A DNA stretch of 57,647 nucleotides from a virus. Taxonomy: Duplodnaviria > Caudoviricetes. The stretch is from positions 1 through 57,647 of IMG/VR virus record IMGVR_UViG_3300021081_000002. One strand, 5' to 3'. Position 1 is the stretch's first letter. Each line of letters begins with the position of its first letter. Below, in pieces: positions 44,701 to 52,990 of this stretch. Made by a program: the position numbers and the translations under genes. Below the pieces are notes generated by a model. It was not told where the DNA came from and ran no database searches. It saw only the letters and a list, made by a program, of their open reading frames with translations.

Positions 44701-46407
44701 CGCCCCGACCACCAGAGCGAAGGCGATAGCGACGGCAGCGATGGGAGCTAGGAGGACCCCAGCGATGCCAAGCATCGCAAACCGGAAGATCTCGCTTGCC
44801 CGCCACAACTCGACGAACTTACTGATGAGGCTAGCGAAGAAGATGATGATGGCAGCGACAGCGTCAATCGCAAAGGACAACACCGCGATGAACACGTGCC
44901 ATACGATGATCAGACCATCCATGGCCTCGTGGTTTCGGACGATCTTGTCAACCATATCGAGGAGTTTATTCCCGATGATGCCGAAGCTGTCACCCATGAC
45001 CTTCAACAACGCGAGCACTTGGGCGTTAGCCATCCACCGGCCGAAGAACGCGGACATCTTGATGATGCCGTCACCGGCTCCATTGATTGCCCACGACAAC
45101 AACTGGAAGCCCATCTCCAGGGCCTTCAGGACCCCAGCCATAGCCGGTCCGTTGTTCAAGAATTTGTTGATGAAGCCACCGATAGCCTCGCCAATCTTCA
45201 CGAGACCTTGACCGAAGATGTTGAAGAGGTCTTTGAGGAACTGCGACTCAGCGAAACGCTGGAGGGCAGGGAGGATGTGATCGATCATCCCGATGAAGCC
45301 GGAGGTAACCGGCGCCAGCAACGGGGCGAACCCCTTCATGATCCGATCGATCATCGGCATCCATCTCTGGAAGGCCGCACCGATCTGGTCCATCGCCTGC
45401 ACCAACGGTCCGATGAAGGCCTTGACCCCATCGGAGTTCATGAACCGGCCCCACGTGTTCTCCTTGAACCGGGCGAACGCACCTTGGACTTGGGGATCTT
45501 TCGAGACTGCTGCGATGCCGAGGGCGAATGCACCAGCGACGATGCCTATGAAGCCGCCGGCTAGAATCAACCCAGCGACTCCAGCCAGTGCGACACCGAT
45601 AGCTACCGCCATCGCACCAATGAGGCTAGCGACGAACCCAGCCATCACGAATCCCAGTATCGCAATCATCCCGGCTGCCAACACCGCTATTCCAGCGACG
45701 ATCGCACCACCCACGGGACCAGTCATCGCCAACCCCGACTGAACGGCGCCACCGATGACGCCGATCCCTGCGAGGAGGCCGTGCCGGGCAGTCTGAGTGA
45801 AGACGTCCCCCAACATCTGGCCGAGGCCGTGGGCCGCAGCCGACACGAACCCCGCCGCTCCGGCGATGCCTGCGCCGATGCCGGCAGCTAGAGTCCTCGT
45901 TATCCTGTCGTGGTCTACACGAGTCTCGATCTCAATCGTGGGGTGTTCGGTTGCGATCCGAGCACGGAGGGCACCGATTGCGGCGGCGTAGCTAGCTCTG
46001 TCAAGGTCGCTTTTGATTCCGATAGTAAGGGTGAGGCCGTTAGCCAGTCGAGCCCGCAGCTCTGCCATCTGGGCATTAAGCCGGCCGGTGTCGAGGTTGG
46101 CGTTGACGTTAAAAGCGTTGTTAAGGGAGGCTCCGAGGGACCGCATCTCTGCGACCCGAGCCATCACCTTCGAGGTGTCGAGGTCGGGCTTTGCGACCAT
46201 CCCACCGATCTTTTCGAAGGCGGTACGGAACACCGCCATCTGAGCCTGAGCCTTCGTGGTGTCGACGTCGATGTTAGTCTTGACGTCCCTAACCAGCCGC
46301 GCAGCGAGCTTGTTGAAGCCCTCGATATCCGAGACGGCTCCGGTGGTGTCAGTGCGATAGTCGACTTGGACGAAAGCTGAACCTACCTGGTTCCCTGGCT
46401 GAGTCAC
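41776..46407 (-). CDS. Tape measure protein with C-terminal muralytic domains
   Basis: 1543 aa, Ala/Gly-rich, Trp-periodic repeats, D.VP...S.GEFVV, FDQGG...N.TGKPE. Follows the chaperone genes. Confidence 0.95.
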   Translation of the reverse strand: MTQPGNQVGSAFVQVDYRTDTTGAVSDIEGFNKLAARLVRDVKTNIDVDTTKAQAQMAVFRTAFEKIGGMVAKPDLDTSKVMARVAEMRSLGASLNNAFNVNANLDTGRLNAQMAELRARLANGLTLTIGIKSDLDRASYAAAIGALRARIATEHPTIEIETRVDHDRITRTLAAGIGAGIAGAAGFVSAAAHGLGQMLGDVFTQTARHGLLAGIGVIGGAVQSGLAMTGPVGGAIVAGIAVLAAGMIAILGFVMAGFVASLIGAMAVAIGVALAGVAGLILAGGFIGIVAGAFALGIAAVSKDPQVQGAFARFKENTWGRFMNSDGVKAFIGPLVQAMDQIGAAFQRWMPMIDRIMKGFAPLLAPVTSGFIGMIDHILPALQRFAESQFLKDLFNIFGQGLVKIGEAIGGFINKFLNNGPAMAGVLKALEMGFQLLSWAINGAGDGIIKMSAFFGRWMANAQVLALLKVMGDSFGIIGNKLLDMVDKIVRNHEAMDGLIIVWHVFIAVLSFAIDAVAAIIIFFASLISKFVELWRASEIFRFAMLGIAGVLLAPIAAVAIAFALVVGAIVLAVGIVGAAIGLIVFAVMWMVRNFDNGLRFIAWLWSVTWNGLNAVAVAAWQAITAGVVAFWNLLIGWFNNGLNFIRIIWNATWGWVAPFVIGIWNWIAAAAVAFWNILIAWFNFGLNFILNLWNVVWGFIGGFVMAVWNAIATAAVVFWNVLIQWFNFGLNFIFQLWSAVWTFVLNLVVFVWQTVMQWAAVLWSFLTAIFSAGLNFIQAIWGAVWNFVVQFFMAVVSTIIAFAQAFWAFLTAIFQAGLNFIQAIWSAVWNFCVQFFLAVAGAISNAAQQFWNFMMQLFQAALNFLQLIWQTVWNAIHLFVVQTWQQIFQTGAAWWAQIRQLFESALNLLHGAWNSAWSAIHRFVLDTWTQILATGRAWWEQIKNLFFAAVNAVHKGWNDAWTGMHQFLLGTMKKIADGVKGGINSVIGIFNKGIGLINGMLGKLGVSFKIPDIPGLAGGGLVGGLADGGPVELAHGGPLGSNWKRTRPGRPITGQGGGREDRVPLMGSRGEFVVNKKATASNIHLLRAINAGRTQQKTASNFQNKAIKPWKTNFHVVGDRKRSDTRPRKGDHLKFFGGGGVINGTSGGLPQGFAKKIVWIGANGDNEGLMNEHKDHVHAAMGAGYQAVIAAAKQSGVGHTVGSTVRPGAKDFHGAGKAVDFPGFNQDKLAEFFGHFPGVVELIHRTSAGDYGIFSTGGGGGPLAALNKFFKKGLAWVFKNMLEPVIGEAKKLFPKGNVAAEMAPAVLDKMVEGIKKKITEEYEKQLSNQNASGPYGGPISTAQGSPLFEALEQAKLMNASKNAVLAMVAAGIVESGWRNILKMLDHDSIGVLQQRTSQGWGSLAQLASPAFQAANFLSRYQDLGSIGQSAQNVQKSAFPGRYQAVVPQAMALLKQAGYPGFFGGGLVFDQGGMLPTGTSIINNNTGKPEPLVNSDLLRKETADAGGDTTVLVYVDGVLHAARVEVQKNNAELINALDRGRGI

Positions 46408-46439
46408 ACTAACACCACCTTCTCGTTAACTGCCGTGCA

Positions 46440-46862
46440 TCATCCGTGCATCATCGCTTTCAATTCTCTACCTGACAAAAACCGGGGCTTCTCTTTCTCT
46501 GGGTCCTTGAAGCGAGGACGTACAACCGGGTCAGGTGCTTCTTTGAACACTTTCCGGGCCTGCTTCCCTGCGTCGACACTCGCAGACACGGACGAATAGA
46601 ATGCACTACTCCGCATCACTTCGAAGATGTCTGTCAGGAGATGTTCCTTGCGGTCGAAGAGGTCATTCCGGATCTTCTTGGGAGTCCGGGCTTCGTCTGG
46701 TAGTAAGAGGAGGTGGCTAATCACCCAACGGAGTGTCACCTTCCGGTTCTCCGGGTCGAAGAGATCCCGGAGATCTGCGTTATAGAACTGAGTGAAATCA
46801 GCTTCTACACTGCCGCACATCTCCGGGTCTTCGAGGAGTGTGATTAGCCCTCTAATTCCCCC
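46440..46862 (-). CDS. Tail assembly chaperone, -1 frameshift extension
   Basis: The -1 frame is open from the slippery site GGGGGAA (plus-strand TTCCCCC 46856-46862) into GIRGLITLLEDPEMCGSVEADF. Confidence 0.85.
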   Translation of the reverse strand, partial: GGIRGLITLLEDPEMCGSVEADFTQFYNADLRDLFDPENRKVTLRWVISHLLLLPDEARTPKKIRNDLFDRKEHLLTDIFEVMRSSAFYSSVSASVDAGKQARKVFKEAPDPVVRPRFKDPEKEKPRFLSGRELKAMMHG

Positions 46863-47125
46863 GGGGTAACCCCAGAGGCATTGACCATAGCTTCGAGGAA
46901 GTCACCGAGGTCAGCCACCGTCCTCGGCTTCGCCTTGAATTTGTTGTACTGCTTCATCCCGATGAGTTCCTTCACCGCGAGGGCATTCTTTCCACTCTCC
47001 TGAGCCTCAAGTACTTCCAGTGGCCACAACTTCATAGCCGGGGCGGTATAGGTTTCGCCGTCGTACTTGAACTCGATCGGCTGGTCACTCTGCTCGTCGG
47101 AGAGGTTCTTCTTGACAGTGGGCAC
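46844..47125 (-). CDS. Tail assembly chaperone
   Basis: AGGAG RBS before GTG 47125. Ends PGELEG at the slippery site. Confidence 0.85.
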   Translation of the reverse strand: MPTVKKNLSDEQSDQPIEFKYDGETYTAPAMKLWPLEVLEAQESGKNALAVKELIGMKQYNKFKAKPRTVADLGDFLEAMVNASGVTPGELEG

Positions 47126-47258
47126 GTGATTCTCCTGGTTAGTTGGTGGGGAGGGGGCGGGAGGTAGCGAACCAGGCCCCCTCCCTGGCATTACGACGGC
47201 AGCATTTTAGCTGCCTGCTCCGCTAGGAGGTGGGTACGACAGTGCAGGCCAGCTATGA

Positions 47259-47822
47259 TTAGCTGGTTGGCACCAGATCCGGGTTGTCGGAGTAGACGTA
47301 ACCGAACACGCCGTTGAAGTCCAGCGCCGAGAAGGTGACACCGGAGAGTACCGGGTCAGTTCTGGTGAGCTGGAGGTCGTCGCGGTCGGTTAGGGTCGCC
47401 TTCGGCAACACCAGTCGACACTGGTCAGCTTCGTCATCCACCCACTCGATAATGAGTGCGCAGTCCTGCGTCCCCGGGTTGGAGAGCAGAGTCAGCTTTG
47501 CCTGTCCGAAGTTATTCGCCCAGGCAGAGTTGTTGAAGAAGTACAGACCCCACGTGGCCTTGTTGACCTGGCCCATCGAGAACTTCACCTCGAATGACGC
47601 GGTGTCTAGGGTGCGCTTTACAGGCACCGCAGACTGCCACATCATAACGTCGTTGATGTCGACGCCAGGGGTGAGAGCTACACCATCCTCGGAGATATAC
47701 CCGAGGTCGGAGAGAGCGGCGTTCACGGCCATAGTCGCGTTGGTCGGTAGGGTTGAACCTACAGGACCGACGTAGACCTTGCCGTCGGGTGCAAGTCGTA
47801 CTTGCGCGCCGTCCTTCGCCAT
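47259..47822 (-). CDS. Major tail (tube) protein
   Basis: G.VYVGPVG..LPT, LGYISEDGV, WQ motifs; position in the operon. Confidence 0.88.
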   Translation of the reverse strand: MAKDGAQVRLAPDGKVYVGPVGSTLPTNATMAVNAALSDLGYISEDGVALTPGVDINDVMMWQSAVPVKRTLDTASFEVKFSMGQVNKATWGLYFFNNSAWANNFGQAKLTLLSNPGTQDCALIIEWVDDEADQCRLVLPKATLTDRDDLQLTRTDPVLSGVTFSALDFNGVFGYVYSDNPDLVPTS

Positions 47823-47828
47823 TTACGT

Positions 47829-48257
47829 TCACCTCTTTCTATTATAGTTGATTAAGTAGTTAGAGGCCGCTATTAGCGTGTCTGGCGAGTCATTGAAACC
47901 GCCAAGCCCCCTGTTGCAACGAGCACAGAGTAAACCTCGTATGCATTTGCCACAACTGCCTCCCGCTTTGGGACAGCAAAAGTGGTCGTGATCTATATGG
48001 AGTGTTTCGTCGGAAAGCTGTCCGCATATAGCGCACTTCCCATCTTGGTCTTCGACCATCTTGCTGTACTCGTCGGCCGTAAGGCTGTATCGGGCCAGCA
48101 CTCCACGCCTCACCGCGTTTGGGTGGTTGGCGTTCCATTTCTTTTGTCTTGCGATGCAGCAAGCTTTACACGCATACTGGTATCCGCTTTTTATAGCTCG
48201 CTTATAGAATTCTTCAGGGGGCTTTTCTTCCTTACACCCCGAACAAGTCCTTAGCAT
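47829..48257 (-). CDS. Endonuclease VII-like free-standing endonuclease
   Basis: QDGKCAIC, IDHDHFCC, SCGKCIRGLLCARCN. Confidence 0.88.
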   Translation of the reverse strand: MLRTCSGCKEEKPPEEFYKRAIKSGYQYACKACCIARQKKWNANHPNAVRRGVLARYSLTADEYSKMVEDQDGKCAICGQLSDETLHIDHDHFCCPKAGGSCGKCIRGLLCARCNRGLGGFNDSPDTLIAASNYLINYNRKR

Positions 48258-48694
48258 GGTGTCGGCAAGGGGGTTCCGAAGGGAACGGTAGTCAGTCGTA
48301 CGGAGAATACGTACCGCGATGTCTCTTGATATTTGTCGGGCACGCGGGTCACTCCTTGCTCAAGCTTCACGGCTGTGATCTTAATTCCAAAACCGCTGTA
48401 TGTTCCCATTGCCCTGAAGATAGAAGCTAGGCAAATATTTGCCAGGTCTCTCGCAGTGGATCTAATCGGTGCGTAGCACTCGACATCAATCCTCGGTCGG
48501 GAGACTTTGGGCCAGGTGAAGCTGGAGCCTTCCTGGATTATATGGATCCATCTCTTATCCGGGGTGTATCCGATCATGTTCGTTCGGATAAATAGATCAG
48601 AGACGTTATCGAGTTCGATGGTTTCGTTGACGAGAATATCGAGGACGGCAGCTTCCGCATCACCATCTTGGATATACTCCCAGATAGCAGCCAT
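48251..48694 (-). CDS. Tail terminator
   Basis: DAE..V, PRIDVECYA, RY.F; position. Confidence 0.75.
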   Translation of the reverse strand: MAAIWEYIQDGDAEAAVLDILVNETIELDNVSDLFIRTNMIGYTPDKRWIHIIQEGSSFTWPKVSRPRIDVECYAPIRSTARDLANICLASIFRAMGTYSGFGIKITAVKLEQGVTRVPDKYQETSRYVFSVRLTTVPFGTPLPTPC

Positions 48695-49059
48695 TAATCC
48701 TCCATCGCGACAATATCTAGTGCCCTAGCCAGCGGCCGGTAACGGAGGACGGCAGTCCTACCGCCCGCGTGTGCGCCAAACTCAACCCACACTGCGCTAG
48801 GGTCGTCATTCCGGGCTTCGTACGCCCACGTCCCGTCAGGCTTCTCGATCCGACGGACGGAGAATGAGAACAGATACTTCGGAGGGGTCGTCTCGGATGT
48901 CCTAGCTTCGTTGTCCCCGCGCTGGGATGCGATGAACACCTGCTTCGCAGTCTCGACGATCTTCTCAGCCTCTTCTTTTGTCTGTCGCTGGAGTTCGAGG
49001 GAGTTTCTAGCCACACGCTCTAGTGCGGCGTGATCTACCTTCGACGACGATCTAGCCAT
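48694..49059 (-). CDS. Neck protein (HK97 gp10-like)
   Basis: N.DP.A.WVEFG...RPLARAL. Confidence 0.65.
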   Translation of the reverse strand: MARSSSKVDHAALERVARNSLELQRQTKEEAEKIVETAKQVFIASQRGDNEARTSETTPPKYLFSFSVRRIEKPDGTWAYEARNDDPSAVWVEFGAHAGGRTAVLRYRPLARALDIVAMED

Positions 49060-49064
49060 CAGTT

Positions 49065-49427
49065 CTACCCATCTCGCTCCCTCGCTATGAACGCGACGTG
49101 ATGAGTCTGGCCGCTGAACCGACGCCACGGCCCCGGCTCGCCGAAGACATCCAATTCATACGGCCCCCACACAACCCGGCTGGTCGGGAGTACTACCCCT
49201 TCGGTCGAGGGAGGACAGTAGAACCGGAAGGCCGTACGGATGAACTCCCTATCCCGGTTGTCCTCGAAGTTCAGCTTCTCGGCCATAGGGAACGGCTCGA
49301 CCATCACCTTTGTCACCACGGTAGCGACGGGGTTATCCCAGTCTCGATAGGAGGTGTTGTCACGGGGATCGAATACTAGCGGCGCGTTCAGAATCGTGAT
49401 GGTGTCGTTACCTAGTGGTTTCCCCAC
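49065..49427 (-). CDS. Head-to-tail stopper
   Basis: DWDNP, RV.W...V.GEP..W, HH; position. Confidence 0.75.
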   Translation of the reverse strand: MGKPLGNDTITILNAPLVFDPRDNTSYRDWDNPVATVVTKVMVEPFPMAEKLNFEDNRDREFIRTAFRFYCPPSTEGVVLPTSRVVWGPYELDVFGEPGPWRRFSGQTHHVAFIARERDG

Positions 49428-49437
49428 AGCTCACCCC

Positions 49438-50037
49438 CTATGGAATCGGTAGGGTGGGGGTGTTGTCGGGGTAGTGCCCCGCCCCCAGCCTCAATGTGTA
49501 GTCTGTCGTGCAGTACCGTGCGAGTGTGTGGCCGGCGAGTGTTACCCCCGCGACCTTCCCACCAGCAGTGGTGTCATAGACTTCCGAGACATCTCCGACA
49601 GTGAAGCTCCGGATTGGTCCGGAGGTTCCGAGTTCGAGAACCCCGAGTACGATATCCCGAACCATAAACTTAATATCGTCGGGTATCTCTACCCAACCGT
49701 GGGTGTACGTGACATCTACTACTTGCAATGGCTGAAGGCCGTAGATCTGGTCAATCCCATTCCAGTATGCGTACGACACTTCGGCGTCCGTCCTCCAATT
49801 CGAGATCAGAGAGACGTCAGATATTGGACCACCTCCTAGGTCGATCAAGCCGTAGTAGTCAGCCTGATAGCGGACAACGTCATCGGTAATTTCTTCGAAG
49901 ATGTCGTCTACATAACCGTTAACAAAACTGGAGACTGAATCGATGTAGGCTTGCCACTTCGGCTCTTCCGATAATGGAATTGGATCCCCGGTAGCAGCTT
50001 CGATGTCATCAATAGTGGTCAAAGCCAATACAGTCAC
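49438..50037 (-). CDS. Head-to-tail adaptor
   Basis: VTYTHGW.EIPDDI, TVGDVS..Y, LARY. Confidence 0.8.
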   Translation of the reverse strand: MTVLALTTIDDIEAATGDPIPLSEEPKWQAYIDSVSSFVNGYVDDIFEEITDDVVRYQADYYGLIDLGGGPISDVSLISNWRTDAEVSYAYWNGIDQIYGLQPLQVVDVTYTHGWVEIPDDIKFMVRDIVLGVLELGTSGPIRSFTVGDVSEVYDTTAGGKVAGVTLAGHTLARYCTTDYTLRLGAGHYPDNTPTLPIP

Positions 50038-50041
50038 GCGG

Positions 50042-51022
50042 TCACCCCGACTCTATAAGATGAAGGAAGTCTGGAATCTGGTCTTGGGTCTGCTTCCACA
50101 GACGGTCAGAAGCGTCGATAGCGTTAGTAGTGTGCCAGTCGTAGTTGTTGAGGAGAGTCGTCAGCGCCGACTCCCACGTCCACATATCTTTGGGGTCGAT
50201 ATAGGCGAAGGAGACCCCCGCTTCCAATGGCCCGGGGAGGTCAGTGGAAATGCTTGGGATTCCACTGGCGGCGGCCTCCACCGCCACCCGGCCGAAAGAC
50301 TCCACCGTCGACGGCACCAGCAACACCGAGGTCTGTCTGTAGATCTCCAGCGGGTTCTGGGTGTGGGGCAGGATGGTGACGTTGTCCATCTCTCGGACGT
50401 CTTGGTTGCCGTAGGCTCCGAGGACCCCGAGGAACTGGAGATCCGGAAATCGTGCCGCGAGATGATAGAAGACGTCGTGGCCTTTGTCGTAGAACGGCTC
50501 CGTGCCGTCCGACAAGTTCACTAGTGTGATGTAGCCCTTGTCCACCCTCGGAGGGGTGATCTTGTACAGCGCGGGGTCGACCAGCGGATAGAGCACACAG
50601 TTCGGTTTGTGGGTGCCGTTGGCCTCGACTGCCGCGCGGGTGTTGTAGGAGTTGTAGACGAGTTTGTCACAGTACCGTTCGGCTATATTGAGTGAGAACT
50701 CCGTGTAGTTGTGCACCATCTGGACGGTGGGGATCTTGTGTTGTTGGGCGACGAGGCTCCCACGGGCCGCACACTCAAGCTGGGTTATGATGAGATCGTG
50801 TCCAGGAAAATGGAGGGTCGGATCTCTCTTCGACGAGTACGCGTTGACTGGGATACCATCTACTAGGTACGACGCACTACCATCAACGAAGACGCGGCTA
50901 GCAAGCACCTCGACCTTGTGCCCTTCCCGCTTCAGCAGACGGAGGAGGTCGTGGAGCGACGTCTCTGCCCCAGCATTATGGCCACTGCCGACGTATGTGC
51001 TGTTGTAACCGAGTACCTTCAC
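50042..51022 (-). CDS. Glycosyltransferase family 4 (GT-B)
   Basis: AGAE, KG, LLVPS.VESFGRVAVEAAASGIP (EX7E). Confidence 0.9.
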   Translation of the reverse strand: MKVLGYNSTYVGSGHNAGAETSLHDLLRLLKREGHKVEVLASRVFVDGSASYLVDGIPVNAYSSKRDPTLHFPGHDLIITQLECAARGSLVAQQHKIPTVQMVHNYTEFSLNIAERYCDKLVYNSYNTRAAVEANGTHKPNCVLYPLVDPALYKITPPRVDKGYITLVNLSDGTEPFYDKGHDVFYHLAARFPDLQFLGVLGAYGNQDVREMDNVTILPHTQNPLEIYRQTSVLLVPSTVESFGRVAVEAAASGIPSISTDLPGPLEAGVSFAYIDPKDMWTWESALTTLLNNYDWHTTNAIDASDRLWKQTQDQIPDFLHLIESG

Positions 51023-51044
51023 AAGGGAGTCCTAGGGAGAGAGT

Positions 51045-51314
51045 GTGGCAAAGCTAATTATTGAGGTCGAGCAATCTGGCCAGATTGGGTCAGTCCGGGC
51101 GACGAAAGCTCGGACGGGACCACGGAACGTCGATACGTGGTCAGAGGCGACGGTGTACTTCATCAGAGATCTGACTGAGAACGTCCTCGACGAACTGTGG
51201 GCTGATCTGATCAGGGACTGGTTCAACAACACCTCCCCTGTGAAGTCAGGGATGGTAGAGTGGACGAGCTACTTCGATCCTGGGACGTCCATCAAGTGGG
51301 AGTACCAGGAGTAA
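51045..51314 (+). CDS. Hypothetical protein, antisense to the structural operon
   Basis: GGGAGAG RBS. Fits exactly into the capsid-GT4 gap. Confidence 0.45.
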   Translation: MAKLIIEVEQSGQIGSVRATKARTGPRNVDTWSEATVYFIRDLTENVLDELWADLIRDWFNNTSPVKSGMVEWTSYFDPGTSIKWEYQE

Positions 51315-51320
51315 TAGACC

Positions 51321-51358
51321 GGGAGGGGCGCCCGCTGTGGGGCCGGGCCGCCCCTCCC
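51321..51358. terminator. Hairpin after the major capsid gene
   Basis: GGGAGGGGCG / CGCCCCTCCC stem. Confidence 0.65.
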
Positions 51359-51363
51359 ACCTA

Positions 51364-52329
51364 TTAGCTAGCGCCTACCGGCTTCAAAATCCCGAACGGG
51401 AAAGTCCCGCCCAGAACCTTGATCGGGTTAGGCACGGCGTAACCGAGCCGCATCACAGCACGGAGCACCTTACCATCCTGCTCTACAGCAGAGTAGGTAA
51501 CGTTTCCCGCGCCATCAGTCAGAACAGCCTGGTCGAACAGGTCGAAGGTTATGTTCTGCTTGATTCCGATGACGAGCTTGTCCCACTCGCCGGCCAGAGC
51601 CAGCGCTTCAGTGTCGTCCCACGCGCCGTTGCCGACTTCGTAGAACGGCTGCCCGAAGACAGTCGCGGGTCCAGCTTCGCTCATCGGAGCGTACACAGCC
51701 TCACCAGTGGTCGCACGGAGCTTCTTGAGCCGCCATGCGAAGCCCTTCCGGGCCACGAATCCGTTGGTGTCGTAGCCGTCTACAGCGAGATCCTCAGCGA
51801 CAGTAGCAAGGTCAAGAACGATGTCGTTGACCGTGTTGCTGATGGTCGTCCCGACGATCGTGGCGTTGCCGGCCGCGTTAGCGCCACCGACTAGACCACC
51901 GACGGGGCCAGAGAAACCGGCCGGGGGCGAACCATCACCGAAGATGATTGCCTGGTCGATCTTTTTGGCGAACGCCCTAGAGACTTCCTTCCGGATTTCG
52001 CTCCAAGCGATGTCGGAGTCGTCCATCCATGCGTCGTCGATACGGACCAGGACAGCGAGTTCATCAGGAGTGATGTATACGTTGTCCCAGGACAGGTCAG
52101 TCTCGGTCTTCCGAGCACTGTCCTTGACAGCCTGGGTTGCACCCGACAGCCAGAACGCATCCGCGAAAGCCTTCAGCACCCGGATACGGTGCTGGTAGGC
52201 AGTCATCGTGAATGTGTTACCCAACTGGAGTACAGCGGAAGCCTCGACAGCGTCAGCGAGAATCCCCGCCGAAACGGTTTCTGGAATCTCTCTCGCGGTA
52301 CGGCTTGTACCAGTACGATTAATAGTCAT
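51364..52329 (-). CDS. Major capsid protein (HK97 fold)
   Basis: IPE.VS..I, AFAKKIDQAIIFG, G.W, LRAVMRLG. AAGGAGG RBS. Confidence 0.92.
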   Translation of the reverse strand: MTINRTGTSRTAREIPETVSAGILADAVEASAVLQLGNTFTMTAYQHRIRVLKAFADAFWLSGATQAVKDSARKTETDLSWDNVYITPDELAVLVRIDDAWMDDSDIAWSEIRKEVSRAFAKKIDQAIIFGDGSPPAGFSGPVGGLVGGANAAGNATIVGTTISNTVNDIVLDLATVAEDLAVDGYDTNGFVARKGFAWRLKKLRATTGEAVYAPMSEAGPATVFGQPFYEVGNGAWDDTEALALAGEWDKLVIGIKQNITFDLFDQAVLTDGAGNVTYSAVEQDGKVLRAVMRLGYAVPNPIKVLGGTFPFGILKPVGAS

Positions 52330-52373
52330 ATGTCATTCACCTCCTTCAAGGTGTTGTAGAGAGAGCGAGCTTC

Positions 52374-52958
52374 CTACCGGAAGCTCTGCTCGTAGAATTC
52401 ACCGAACCAATCGCCTTCGGACTTCTTCCCAGCCTTTCCGACTGGGTCACCCCGCTTACCTGCGAGTAGTCCGGTAGACTGGACACCCTGTGGCCTCATT
52501 GCCGAAGCAGGGTCGTCAGTTGGGGAGCTGTTCGACAGCTTGCCACTCAACCTCTCAGCCTTTTCACGCATTTCGTCTTCGTCTGCACCAGTGATGAAGT
52601 CGAGAAAGTCATCATCAAGGTTGTATTCCTTGAGGACCGCCCGCGCAGTCATATCCTTCGCTTTCTGCTCTGCCTTGTCCGCGCGATCGCGCTCGCGTTC
52701 TAGGTCGGACATCTGGCTAGCTTTCCACGAATTGAACTCTTCGAGTTCTGACTTCACTTGCTGCTTCTCTTTACGACCCTTCGCATTCTCTCCGCGAAGG
52801 CTCTTCACCATCTGCTTCAGCACGACCGGGTCATCAATGTCGTCCAGCGACTGATTGATGCTGTCGTTCGTGTTTCCGCTCGGGGCCTTCTTCGTAGACT
52901 CAGTTTCCTGGGTCTCTTCTACACCGGCTGAGGACTCCTGGCCCTCTTCGACATCAGA
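52374..52958 (-). CDS. Scaffolding protein
   Basis: Acidic coiled coil, LR.ENAK.R, ITG.DEDEM...AE.L. Lies between portal and capsid. Confidence 0.8.
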   Translation of the reverse strand, partial: SDVEEGQESSAGVEETQETESTKKAPSGNTNDSINQSLDDIDDPVVLKQMVKSLRGENAKGRKEKQQVKSELEEFNSWKASQMSDLERERDRADKAEQKAKDMTARAVLKEYNLDDDFLDFITGADEDEMREKAERLSGKLSNSSPTDDPASAMRPQGVQSTGLLAGKRGDPVGKAGKKSEGDWFGEFYEQSFR

Positions 52959-52990
52959 CATCTCTTTATTCACCTTTCCAGAAGGTCATT

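Noticed and set aside
43009-46380. Long plus-strand ORFs opposite the tape measure gene
   Set aside because: Antisense shadow frames caused by codon bias and repeats.
46856-46862. Frameshift site as a novel feature
   Set aside because: It is the standard tail-assembly-chaperone -1 slippery site, so it is listed as a feature only.
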